Below are positions 46,461 to 57,100 of a DNA stretch of 64,000 nucleotides, piece after piece. The position numbers and the translations under genes were made by a program. The notes below the pieces were generated by a model. That model was not told where the DNA came from. It ran no database searches and saw nothing but the letters and a program-made list of their open reading frames with translations. The stretch is from the NCBI GenBank assembly GCA_041674805.1, contig JBAYVA010000002.1, positions 83,234 through 147,233 of the forward strand, given 5' to 3'. The stretch is from Candidatus Magasanikiibacteriota bacterium. GTDB taxonomy: Bacteria; Patescibacteriota; Patescibacteriia; Magasanikbacterales; UBA922. Positions within the stretch are counted from its first letter, which is position 1, and each line of letters starts with the position of its first letter.

Positions 46461-48002
46461 ATGAAACAATACGTCCCAATTATTGGCATGGAAGTGCATG
46501 TTGAATTAAAAACAAAGTCAAAAATGTTTTGTTCTTGCTCAAACAATCCTAATATTGATACACCAAATAAAAACATTTGTGAAATTTGTCTTGCTCATCC
46601 AGGAACTTTGCCAGTTCCAAACAAAAAAGCGATAGAATGGACTGTTTTAGTTGGAAAAGCGCTAAATTGTCATATTTTGGAATTTTCCAAGTTTGATCGT
46701 AAGCATTATTTTTATCCAGATTTACCAAAGGGTTACCAGATTTCTCAGTATGAAGAGCCTATTGCTGAACATGGATTTGTTGATTTGGATTTTATAGGAG
46801 AAAATCCTATTCGTGATACTGCTAAGATTGGTATTACTCGTGCTCATCTTGAAGAAGATACTGCTAGACTAAATCATGGTGAAGATGGAAGTACTCTTGT
46901 CGATTTCAATCGTTCTGGGGTGCCTTTAGTTGAAATTGTGACTGATCCAGATTTCAAGTCAGCTCTTGAAGCTAAGACTTATTGTCAAGAATTACGCAAC
47001 ATTGTGCGTTATTTGGGGGTGAGTGACGCTGATATGGAAAAAGGTCAAATGCGTTGTGAAGCCAATATTTCTGTCCAAGAAGTTGGTAGTTTTGAAATAG
47101 TTGACGGTGTGGTAAAACCTTTGAACGGTACAAAATTAAATAACAAAGTAGAGTTGAAAAACCTGAATTCTTTCAAAGCTGTTGAGCGTGGTATTGATTT
47201 TGAAATCAAAAGGCAAACAGCCATGATAGAAAAAGGTGAAACTTGGGTACAGCAGACTCGTGGTTGGGATGACAGCAAACAAGAAACTGTGATGCAACGT
47301 ACCAAAGAAAATGCAGCAGATTATCGTTATTTTCCAGATCCAGATATTCCACCTTTTCATCCTCTCAAAATTGCCGGAAATATTTCTTTGCCAGAGTTAC
47401 CAGCTCAAAAGAGATTGCGTTTTCGTGAAGAATATTTTCTTTCTTTTTCTGATGCTAAGATTTTAACAGACAGCAAAGAACTATCTTATTTTACTGAAGC
47501 TGTGATGAGTGACCTTGTTGAGTGGTTGGATTCTATGCCAGAATCAGAGAACAAAGCCGAAAATGTTCCACAAAAAATTAGTCGTTTAGCTGGCAGTTGG
47601 ATTACTACCAAACTTTTGGGAATTCTCAAAGAAAAAAATATGGATATCACTGATGTCAAATTTTCTCCTGAGAATTTTGCTGAACTTATTGCCCTTATTT
47701 ATAATAACAAAGTAAACGCTACCAATGCTTACAAAATTTTGCTTATTATGGTTGGTCTTGGTGTAGACAAAGATCCAACACATATTTTGGAAGAAAAAGG
47801 TTGGGGACAGGTTTCTGACAGTGGTCAAATTGAAAGTCTTGTTGATGATGTGATTGCTAATTATCCAGACCAAGTTGCTCAAGTCAAAGCCGGCAAAGAA
47901 ACTGTTATCAAATTTTTGATTGGTATGGTGATGAAAGCAAGTGAAGGAAGTGCTGATGTGAAAGTGGTGGAGGAAATTTTGAAAAACAAATTGTCATCAT
48001 AA
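46461..48002 (+). CDS. gatB: Asp-tRNA(Asn)/Glu-tRNA(Gln) amidotransferase subunit B
   Basis: MKQYVPIIGMEVHVELKTKSKMFCSCSN..., 513 aa, with a C-terminal GatB/YqeY domain. Confidence 0.9.
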   Translation: MKQYVPIIGMEVHVELKTKSKMFCSCSNNPNIDTPNKNICEICLAHPGTLPVPNKKAIEWTVLVGKALNCHILEFSKFDRKHYFYPDLPKGYQISQYEEPIAEHGFVDLDFIGENPIRDTAKIGITRAHLEEDTARLNHGEDGSTLVDFNRSGVPLVEIVTDPDFKSALEAKTYCQELRNIVRYLGVSDADMEKGQMRCEANISVQEVGSFEIVDGVVKPLNGTKLNNKVELKNLNSFKAVERGIDFEIKRQTAMIEKGETWVQQTRGWDDSKQETVMQRTKENAADYRYFPDPDIPPFHPLKIAGNISLPELPAQKRLRFREEYFLSFSDAKILTDSKELSYFTEAVMSDLVEWLDSMPESENKAENVPQKISRLAGSWITTKLLGILKEKNMDITDVKFSPENFAELIALIYNNKVNATNAYKILLIMVGLGVDKDPTHILEEKGWGQVSDSGQIESLVDDVIANYPDQVAQVKAGKETVIKFLIGMVMKASEGSADVKVVEEILKNKLSS

Positions 48003-48014
48003 TTTTTTGATTTT

Positions 48015-48047
48015 AAAAAAAGCTATCAATATTTGATAGCTTTTTTA
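48015..48047. terminator. Bidirectional Rho-independent terminator (gatB / PRTase-deaminase gene)
   Basis: A6, then AGCTATCAA-TAT-TTGATAGCT, then T6. Confidence 0.75.
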
Positions 48048-48065
48048 TTTTATTATTATCAATTT

Positions 48066-49232
48066 TTAGGCAAAAGAAAGTCCTGGTTCCAACATCATTT
48101 CTTCATTTTCTATTTTTGTTTTTTGAAAAATATTTTGGTTGGCATAAAATTTTTCATTGGTTGCCATTAGTCTAATGTTTTTACCATTTTCTACTAAATA
48201 CTGAATACCGTTACCACAAATTTTGTTGTCAGCTACATCTTTTTGACCAATGATAACCCATTTTAGTTGTGGCATATCAGATATAAGATGTGAGCATGGT
48301 GTATATTTGCCATTACGATAGGTGCATGGTTCCATTGTACAATAAAGCATGTATTCGTGTTCTTCCCAATCAGGAGTATTATTTTTTAGCATAGACAAAG
48401 CATCTTGTTCAGCATGAACATGTCCACGTCTGTATCCCCAAGCAGAAATTTCGAAAGTTTCAGAATCTACCAATGTGGCTCCTACGCCATAGCCGTGTCT
48501 AGATTTATTTGAAACATCTTCAGCTAATCGTTCAGTGATAGTATAAAATCTACGGTTTACGTCAGCCCAAAAAACATCTTTGAAACGACTAGACATACTA
48601 CAAATTACTTTATTATTTTCTATATAAGTATCAAAAAGGTAGGAATAATCATATTTTTCAAAAATATCATTTTTTTGTCTATAATTACTTTTATCATTTA
48701 CACAATAAATGCCTGTAATTTTTGTATCTGAGCTTATTGACTCAACTGCTTTTACCATATTTACAATAGTTCCTCCAGTTGAAGCCATACAGTCTACAAT
48801 AGCAATTTTTTTATTTTTTAGAGCTTTACTCATATACATTGTACGTTCGTAATAGCCTGTTTGTTGTGAAAAATCAACACATTCTATATCATAATGAAAT
48901 GTTTTGGCAATAATCAAAGGAAGTCGTAATTGTGCAGCGATCAAAGTAGCAATGCCTATACCATCAGATTCTATAGACAGTATAACTTCGGTATCTTTTG
49001 GTATCATTTCTGCTAAATATTTTGCCAAAGTGTTATAAATTCCTTGATTAGCTAGAGTAAAACCTTTGAAAGGATATATAAAATATTGATAATTAGAAAC
49101 AGTACCACCTTTACTATCAGTTGTACGTATTTGTGCTTCACGAAATAAATTCATAGCATCACCTACATCTTTTTTTATGGCTATTATTTCTTGATATGTT
49201 TGTTGAAGTTCTTTTTCAAGAAGATTTAACAT
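48066..49232 (-). CDS. Fusion protein: type I phosphoribosyltransferase domain (N-terminal) + CDA-fold zinc deaminase domain (C-terminal)
   Basis: PRPP-binding loop KIAIVDCMASTGGTIVNMV. Deaminase motifs GHVHAEQDAL and CTMEPCTYRNGKYTPC, ending ...VIIGQ. Confidence 0.65.
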   Translation of the reverse strand: MLNLLEKELQQTYQEIIAIKKDVGDAMNLFREAQIRTTDSKGGTVSNYQYFIYPFKGFTLANQGIYNTLAKYLAEMIPKDTEVILSIESDGIGIATLIAAQLRLPLIIAKTFHYDIECVDFSQQTGYYERTMYMSKALKNKKIAIVDCMASTGGTIVNMVKAVESISSDTKITGIYCVNDKSNYRQKNDIFEKYDYSYLFDTYIENNKVICSMSSRFKDVFWADVNRRFYTITERLAEDVSNKSRHGYGVGATLVDSETFEISAWGYRRGHVHAEQDALSMLKNNTPDWEEHEYMLYCTMEPCTYRNGKYTPCSHLISDMPQLKWVIIGQKDVADNKICGNGIQYLVENGKNIRLMATNEKFYANQNIFQKTKIENEEMMLEPGLSFA

Positions 49233-49438
49233 ATTATATAAAATTAGTCACACCAAAGTGGTATGTAGTAAATAAAAAATCATCCGTATTAGGATGATTT
49301 TATTGTATATATAAAGAAATGAACACTAGCGGATAGCTGGATTTGACTGTTTCTAAATTGTTGTATTGAAGTTATATTCATACCTTACTAATAATAGCAT
49401 GTTTTGAAATAAACAACAATCATAAATTGTGTATATTT

Positions 49439-50089
49439 TTATTCTATATTTATTTTATCTCCCAAAAACTTTGGTTGAATATCAAATAATAAATCAAGCA
49501 TCATTTTGAGTCGTGCGAAGCTTTCCCTGATTTGTATTTTTGTATTAGCATAAGATTTTACATTACGAGCATTGTATCCTATAGCGTCTATACCTTTTTT
49601 GTTGGCAATATATATGGCACGTTCATTGTGGAATTTTTGTGAGATGATAGTAATATTCTCTTGTCCAAATATTTCTTTGCTTCGGACGACTGAGTCTAGA
49701 GTTCGAAAGCCAGCATAATCGAGGAAGATGCTCGAAGTCGGCACGCCAGCTTCTATCAAATCATTTTGAATAGTTGTTGGTTCATTGTATTTCTTTGTGC
49801 TGTTGTCTCCACTTACTAAAATAAAATCAATTTTGTTAGCTTCAAAAAGTTTTTTGGCAGCTGTAATTCTATAAGCATAATAAGCATTTATTCTGCCATC
49901 TTTCAAATATTTACTTGTGCCGAGTAATAATCCGACTTTGTTGTGAGGAATATTTTCTATTGAATCATAAATTTTTTCGTCAGTGTTTTTTTCTATTATT
50001 TTGTTGGTGATAATAATAGATGAAGAAAGAAAAATAAAACTCAAGAAAAAAATTAGTAAAAGTTTTAAGAATATTTTTTTCATAATCAA
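49439..50089 (-). CDS. SanA/YdcF/ElyC (DUF218) family protein
   Basis: N-terminal TM. ILVSGDNSTKKYNEPTTIQNDLIEAGVP...DYAGFRTLDSVVRSKEIFG. Confidence 0.7.
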   Translation of the reverse strand: MIMKKIFLKLLLIFFLSFIFLSSSIIITNKIIEKNTDEKIYDSIENIPHNKVGLLLGTSKYLKDGRINAYYAYRITAAKKLFEANKIDFILVSGDNSTKKYNEPTTIQNDLIEAGVPTSSIFLDYAGFRTLDSVVRSKEIFGQENITIISQKFHNERAIYIANKKGIDAIGYNARNVKSYANTKIQIRESFARLKMMLDLLFDIQPKFLGDKINIE

Positions 50090-50643
50090 AACTTCTCCGT
50101 AATATGCAAATGTTTTCTAATTTTATTTTTCCAAGTTTCAAAACTTTCTACCAAAGTTATCAATCCCAACATCACCATGATGAATACTACTGGCTGAGTA
50201 GAATATTGAGGCAGATTAAAAATGCTAAAATTTTGTAAAAATAATTTTAATAATTGCCAGATAATCATTGAGACTAGAGTTGCTAACAAAAATTTAATTA
50301 CGAAAAAATCAAAGTTGAGAAAATTCTGTATGAACTTGCCATCCATTTTTTTTAACCAATTAATATATTTTTGGGAGACAGGATGTTTTTTTGTGTATAG
50401 TAAAAATAATTTGATTATGAAAATAATGATTCCAGAAATAAGAATAGTCAACATAATATCGAAGACTACATGCCACCAAGTAGGGTATTCTTTTCTGATA
50501 GTATTAACCAAAGGTGTGTCCATTAGTTTTAAGCCCGCTGGCAAGGTGAGGGTGGCATAGAGGAAGACAATAGCCGTGACTCTCTGTATCCAGAGCAATA
50601 TTTTGCTGTGTGTTTTTTGGTTTGGATAGTATGTTTTGTTCAT
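50086..50643 (-). CDS. Hypothetical membrane protein (about 5 TM)
   Basis: 185 aa. It overlaps the downstream gene by 4 bp, suggesting an operon. Confidence 0.5.
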   Translation of the reverse strand: MNKTYYPNQKTHSKILLWIQRVTAIVFLYATLTLPAGLKLMDTPLVNTIRKEYPTWWHVVFDIMLTILISGIIIFIIKLFLLYTKKHPVSQKYINWLKKMDGKFIQNFLNFDFFVIKFLLATLVSMIIWQLLKLFLQNFSIFNLPQYSTQPVVFIMVMLGLITLVESFETWKNKIRKHLHITEKF

Positions 50644-50700
50644 AGTTTATAGACTTTACAAAGGTTCAATGTTATGTTATTTTAACATATGCGGAAGATA

Positions 50701-50729
50701 TTGACAAAAGTAGCAAAATGTGCTACACT
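50701..50729 (+). promoter_or_regulatory. Sigma70-type promoter for surface-protein gene A
   Basis: TTGACA, 17-bp spacer, TACACT. A conserved leader of about 140 nt follows. Confidence 0.5.
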
Positions 50730-50866
50730 ACTCCGTTTATTACACATATATAAAAAGGCTTTATTTAGCCGATTAATTCATAATTTACAAATGGTTGTGA
50801 TTTCCATAAACCATTATAATGTGTAGTCATTTTAATTTATACATATTAAGTCTAATATATTCGTCT

Positions 50867-53788
50867 ATGAAAAAGAACTTTTTCGCTAAACTAGGCCATT
50901 TTTTCCTGGTTTCAGCTGTTTTATTCAATGGTTTTGGTGTAGCCTTTGTGAAGGCTGATGTTGTAGAAGTTTTGGGTATGTCTCCAAATACAGCAACTTT
51001 GTCTGAGGGTGACATTAACCCTATTTCTTTAGTAACAATTTCTAATTCATCTACTAGTACTATAAATCTAACATTTACTATGTCAGGTGAAGCTGTTAGA
51101 AGTATAGATGGTAGTGGTGATTATGAATTGTTTGTTGGGGAAGGTTCTCCATTTGTAGTTGTTGATACAAACTTAATAAGTGTGCCTGCAAATGATTCTG
51201 TCATCTTTCCTATAAATATTATAAATGACACAGTATCAGAAAATGCAGAATCTTTTGGTTTGACATTTGAAACAGCTAGTTATGATGATGAAAATAGAAC
51301 ACCTGTAGAAGGTTTTAGTTCTCGTGGTGCTATAAATTTTACTATCAATGATAATGATATTACACCTCCTACTTTTGATACTATTGTCCCTAGTCCATTT
51401 TCAAGAAATGAAAGTGATAATTTTGGTGGTATTGCTACTTTTATAAATAATGCTAGTACAACTTTAGATTTTCATTTTGAAATTAGTGGAACAGCTTCTA
51501 CATCTGATTATATAATTGAAACAACTAGTCGTAGTATAAATGAAAATGGAGATGTTATGGCGGTGCCTAATAGTGTGGATTTAGAAAATGGTATAATTAG
51601 TGGGGTTACAGGAAATGAAAAAAGAAGATTTAATTTTAAACCAGTAGAGGACACAGAAGTAGAAATTGATGAAACAGTTATTATTACATTGAAATATGCT
51701 ACTGATATTGAACAAAGAGTTTATGATTTTGCAGATATTTCTTACACTACTATTATTAAAGATAATGATACTGCATCCACTACTACCACAGCTAACGTCA
51801 CATTTTCTTTTTCAACTTCTACTATTAATGAAAATTCTGGTAATGTAAATGTTGCTAATGTTATTAATAATGAAAATCAAGATGTATCTGTGAAATTTAC
51901 ATTTTCTGGCACAGCAGTATATGGCACAGACTATACTTTGAGATCAGGAACTGGTACTTCTATTTTTGGTAATGGTACAGAAGCAGTACTTTTGATAGGT
52001 ATTAATAGTAGTAGTAGTTTTCCTTTGACTCTGAATACAGTTGATAGTGATAAAACTGTTGAAATTACTCTTACACAAGTAAATTTTGCGGATAATTCAA
52101 CAACAACATCTTTCACTGCAGGAAATGTTACAACACATACACTTACTATCAAAAATGTTCCTACATCAGGTGAAAATAATATTCCAACAATAAAAACACC
52201 GATAGCCACACAATATATAGATCTTTATGTTACTTCTACATTAACTATTAATAATGAAATATTAAAGAATTTATTTTTTGATTTAGATACTAATGATAGA
52301 GTTGGTATTAGTTTGACTAATAATACAGATGCTACTGTTGTAACAACAACATCAGACATAGAATTTTCTAGTTTAGTATTAACAGGTTTAAAAGTTGGAA
52401 CAAGTACTATTGAACTTACTGGTGATGATCATCGTGGTGGTATTGTTACCTCAACTTTCGATGTAATCGTTACTGATTCTACTCCTGTTGAGGGAAATAA
52501 TGCTCCAACATCAACTGTAATAGATGATAAAACATTGGAGGTTGGTCAGACTTTTGATATTATTCCTAGTGTTATTTTTGAAGATGTAGAAGATAGTGAT
52601 GATAAGTTAACTTATGGTGTAGAAATTAGTGCTGGTTCTGTTGTTTCTGTAACAACAACAAATTTTACAAATTCTTGGGCATATACTTTTACTGCTGAAA
52701 GTGTAGGTACTTCTACAATTACTCTTAGTGCAACTGATTTGGGTGGTCTTAGTACAAGTACATCATTTAAGGTAACTGTCACAGAAGATGTAACACCTAT
52801 ATTAATAAAAGAAATAGTTAATCAAACTTTAAAAGTAGGTGAAAGTGTAGTTTTGAACTTAAATGATTATTTTTCAGATCCAAACGAAGATGTCTTGTCT
52901 TTTTTAACAAGTATTAACGTTCCAAATTTAATTACTACAACACTTAATACTGAAACAAATAAATTAACAATTACTGGTGTAGCTATAGGTACAACTCTTA
53001 TGAGTGTTACTGCCTCTGATAGTCAACATAGTGTTTATGATATATTTAATGTCACAGTAAAAGAAAATAATGAAGGTAATACTGATAACAATACCGGTTC
53101 AAGTAACGGCGGTGGTAGTTTATTACCAAACACAGCTCCTCAAGCTTCTATGGTTGTTGGTCAAGAAGTAACTATCGAAGTAAACAAAGAAATTACTTTT
53201 GATGCTAGTAGTAGTGTAGATAAAGAAGGAAACATTAGATTTTATTTCTGGAACTTTGGTGACGGAAGTGATGAAGTATATTACACTGTCCCAACAGTCA
53301 AATATACTTATACTAAAATAGGTAATTACACTTTGAATATCAAAGTAAAAGATGCTTACGGTGCTGAGAGTAGTGCGCAAGTAAAGGTAAAAGTTGTAGC
53401 TGGCAAAGCTTCTACAAATACGGGAACTCCAAATACTAATACTGAAAGTGGAACTAAAACTGAAACTGAAACTACAACTTCTACTTCAACAACTGATACC
53501 CCAACTCCTGTAGAAGAAACTGGAAGTACTGGTAGTACAAATAATAATACTAACAATAACACTTCTGCTAATAATACTGAAGAAGAAGCAATAACAACTG
53601 AGGAAGAAAATACTTCTATAGAAGAAGAGACTACTTCTGAAAATACTGAAGAAGAAATTACTGAAGAAGTACCTGCTGAAACAACAGAAGAATTACCAAC
53701 TTGGATCAAGATCATCTTTGGCAGTGGTGCTCTAGCTGCTATTGCTGGCGCTGGACTTGCTATCAATAGAGTGAGAAAAAATGTGTAA
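50867..53788 (+). CDS. Giant cell-surface protein A (signal peptide, Ig/cadherin-like repeats, PKD domain, Thr/Glu-rich stalk, C-terminal TM anchor)
   Basis: The likely true start is MKKNFFAKLGHFFLVSAVLFNGFGV, which matches the paralog start. The ORF-table start at 50819 adds 16 non-conserved residues. PKD: FYFWNFGDGSDEVYYTVPTVKYTYTKIGNYTLNIKVKDAYG. C-terminal EELPTWIKIIFGSGALAAIAGAGLAINRVRKNV. Confidence 0.8.
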   Translation: MKKNFFAKLGHFFLVSAVLFNGFGVAFVKADVVEVLGMSPNTATLSEGDINPISLVTISNSSTSTINLTFTMSGEAVRSIDGSGDYELFVGEGSPFVVVDTNLISVPANDSVIFPINIINDTVSENAESFGLTFETASYDDENRTPVEGFSSRGAINFTINDNDITPPTFDTIVPSPFSRNESDNFGGIATFINNASTTLDFHFEISGTASTSDYIIETTSRSINENGDVMAVPNSVDLENGIISGVTGNEKRRFNFKPVEDTEVEIDETVIITLKYATDIEQRVYDFADISYTTIIKDNDTASTTTTANVTFSFSTSTINENSGNVNVANVINNENQDVSVKFTFSGTAVYGTDYTLRSGTGTSIFGNGTEAVLLIGINSSSSFPLTLNTVDSDKTVEITLTQVNFADNSTTTSFTAGNVTTHTLTIKNVPTSGENNIPTIKTPIATQYIDLYVTSTLTINNEILKNLFFDLDTNDRVGISLTNNTDATVVTTTSDIEFSSLVLTGLKVGTSTIELTGDDHRGGIVTSTFDVIVTDSTPVEGNNAPTSTVIDDKTLEVGQTFDIIPSVIFEDVEDSDDKLTYGVEISAGSVVSVTTTNFTNSWAYTFTAESVGTSTITLSATDLGGLSTSTSFKVTVTEDVTPILIKEIVNQTLKVGESVVLNLNDYFSDPNEDVLSFLTSINVPNLITTTLNTETNKLTITGVAIGTTLMSVTASDSQHSVYDIFNVTVKENNEGNTDNNTGSSNGGGSLLPNTAPQASMVVGQEVTIEVNKEITFDASSSVDKEGNIRFYFWNFGDGSDEVYYTVPTVKYTYTKIGNYTLNIKVKDAYGAESSAQVKVKVVAGKASTNTGTPNTNTESGTKTETETTTSTSTTDTPTPVEETGSTGSTNNNTNNNTSANNTEEEAITTEEENTSIEEETTSENTEEEITEEVPAETTEELPTWIKIIFGSGALAAIAGAGLAINRVRKNV

Positions 53789-54158
53789 GATTGTTTGATA
53801 ATATAAAAAATAAAGAAGCTATTCATATATATTGAGTAGCTTCTTTTTTTATGAAGTTTTGATTGTTCACACATAGACTTTACAAGATATAAAGATTATG
53901 TTAATTTAATATATGTAGGATGTTGACAAAAATAGTATGGTATGTTGTTAATTTCTCTCATATTTAGATACATTCAAAGGCTTTATTTGGCCAATTAGTA
54001 ATTCAAAATGGTCGTGACCATTCACATAAACCATTGTAATATATAGTCAGTTTACTCATACTTAAAAAGTATGATAAATTTATCTATTAATTCATACTAA
54101 TTGAGTATGATATATTTAACTTATTAATTCAAAATTACCAAGTTTAATATATTTACTT

Positions 54159-57100
54159 ATGAAAAATAATTTTTTTGCTAAACTGGGAAACTTTTTTCTG
54201 GTTTCGGCTGTATTGTTCAATGGTTTTGGGGTAGGTTTGGTAAGTGCAGAATATGCAGAAGTTGTCTCTCCCACATTCTCTTTACTTGTTGATAATGTAA
54301 AAGAAGGAAATTTAGGAGAAACAACTACTTATAATGTTGGTGTAAAATATAATGGTCCAGTTTTGGTCTCTGATTATACTGTGGAAGTAATATTTTATAG
54401 TGTTTTAAATGATACTTTTGCTGAATATGGTGTTGATTATGAGGTACCTAATTCTGTGCCTAATTTGGAAGATTCTTCGTATTTTCTTACTTTTACGCCA
54501 GCAACACAAAATGATGAATTGTTTGTTCCTGTAACTGTTATGGGTAACGATACTATTAATAGTTTTAATGTTTTATTCAAATACATTATTTTTACTATAA
54601 AAGGTATTAATATCGACCAACCTGACCAGCTGTTTGGTTTGAGTATTGAAGATGATGATGTTCCTACTATTATTGAACCAATATTTACTCCCGCTACTTC
54701 TGTTGTCTATGAAGGTGTTGCTACAGGAGCTAATGTTACTAAGTTGGTAAACAATAATAATACTGATTTAATTTATACTATTGAACTTACTGGTGATGCT
54801 TTACTCGAACAAGAATTTGGATTGTCTGTTATTGATGAACAAAATATCTCTACACCAATCATGAGTAATTTTTTCAATCTTTCTGTACCAAGAAATTCTA
54901 GTTCTACTTTTTCTGTTCGTACAAATGGTATTTATGATAATTCGTCTTTTGATAATGTTGCAAAACAGACAATTTGGACTGTAACAAATGCGTTTGATGA
55001 GAGTATCTTTATTGATTATGATTTATCTTTAAGTAATATCAACTTTACTTTGGATATAAAAGATGAGGAAAATGATGTAGGTTTTATAAATCCAGCTTCA
55101 TCTGTTGCAGAAGGAATTTCATTGAATGACTCTAATTCATCACTTGTATACAACAATGGTACTGACAATGATGTGTCTTTGACATTTGAACTTTCGGGTA
55201 CGGCATCTTCTTTAACGGATTATACTGTAAGAACAAATGAATTGAGTTCAGGTTCTACTTGGGTAGTACCAAAAAATTCTATTAAATCTTTTCCTGTAGA
55301 TATCTTGAATGTAACTGGTGAAAAAAATTTAGTGTTTACAATTACAAAAATAGATTTATTAAATGACAATGGTACCATTAAAAATGGAAATATTACACCT
55401 ATTTTACCGAATGCACAGACACACACTTTGACAATTCTGGATAATGTTGTACCGCCTGTAAATCATGCACCTGTTGCAATTATGCAACCAATACTTTTGG
55501 GTAATGTTAATGTTGGTTCAAACTCAACCCCTGTTTCATTTTCAACCACTTTTTCAGATCCTGATTCAGATGTACTTACATATAGTGTAGAACTTTCAAA
55601 TCCTGTAATTGCAACATCTCAAATAACAGCAGGTGAGTTGGTACTTACAGGAACAAGTGTCGGTACAACAACAGTAACAATGATGGCTACAGATCCTGAT
55701 GGCTTGAGTGCTAGTACCACGTTTAGTTTGACTGTCGTAGAAAATAATAATGGTGGTGGAAATAATTCTCCAACAGTAAATATTCCAATAGCCACACAAT
55801 ATATTGATCTCTATACTACTTCCACATTAACTATTAATAATGCAATATTGCAGAATTTATTTTCTGATGCTGATGTTAATGACATAGTTGGTATTAGTTT
55901 GACTAATAATACAGATGCTACTGTTGTGACAACAACACCAGGCATAGAATTTTCTAGTTTAATGTTGACAGGTTTGAAAGTCGGTGCAAGTGTTATTGAA
56001 CTTACGGGAGATGATACACATGGTGGTATTGTTACCTCTACTTTTGCGGTAATCGTTAGTGACTCTACTCCTATAGAAGGAAATAATGCTCCTACATTAT
56101 CAACTACAACAGTATTTGTAGATAACGAAATTTCTTTGCAAGAAACATTTGGATCAAATCTTCATCTTTATTTCGAAGATGTTGATGCGGGTGATACATT
56201 AACTTTTTCAGCTACTACAACTGATGCTTCTATAGTGACAAGTGGAATTGACGCATTGGGTCAAATAACACTGACACCACATAATTATGGTACAGTTCAA
56301 GTAATTGTTACTGCCACAGATAATCAAGGTGCTAGTGTCTCTGATGCATTTTCTTTGAAAGTAAATACTCCACCAGAATTAACAGTAAATACTTTAGGAA
56401 ATAAACAAATTGATTTGAAAGTATCATCTAGTTTGTTAATAGATAGTAATACAATTCGTGGTGTTTTTACAGATAGAGATGGAGAAATACTTACTATTTC
56501 TGTAAGTGATAATAGTGATAATACTGTTGTAACAACTACTCTTGGAGAAGATGATTCTCTCACTTTACTTGGTTTAAAAGTGGGAACAAGTACGATTGAA
56601 ATCACTGCTGACGATGGTTATGAAATTACCTCTACTACATTTCTTGTTACGGTTGTAAATTCTACATCTGAAGAAACAGGGAATAATGGTGGCAACTCTG
56701 GCAGTTCAAGTGGATCTAGTGGCGGTGGTGGTTCTGCTCTTCTTTCTAATACAGCTCCTCAAGCTGCTATAACTAATGGTCAAGAAGTAACTGTGGAAGT
56801 AAACAAAGAAATTACTTTTGATGCTAGTCAAAGTACTGACAAAGAAAATAATATTAGATTTTACTTCTGGAACTTTGGTGATGATAGTGATGAAGTATAT
56901 TACACGGTACCAACAGTCAAACATACTTATACTAAAATAAGTAATTACACTTTGATAAGCAAAGTACGTGATGCTTACGGTGCTGAGAGTATTGCTGAAG
57001 TAAAAGTAAAAGTTGTAGCTGCTAAAGGTTCTACAAATACGGGAACTACAAATAATACTTCAAATACTAATACAGAAAGTGAAACTAAAAATGAAACTAC

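Noticed and set aside
50819-50866. Upstream ATG (50819) as the start of surface protein A
   Set aside because: The 16 extra residues (MCSHFNLYILSLIYSS) are absent from the paralog, which starts at the conserved MK(K/N)NFFAKLG. The start at 50867 gives a proper signal peptide.
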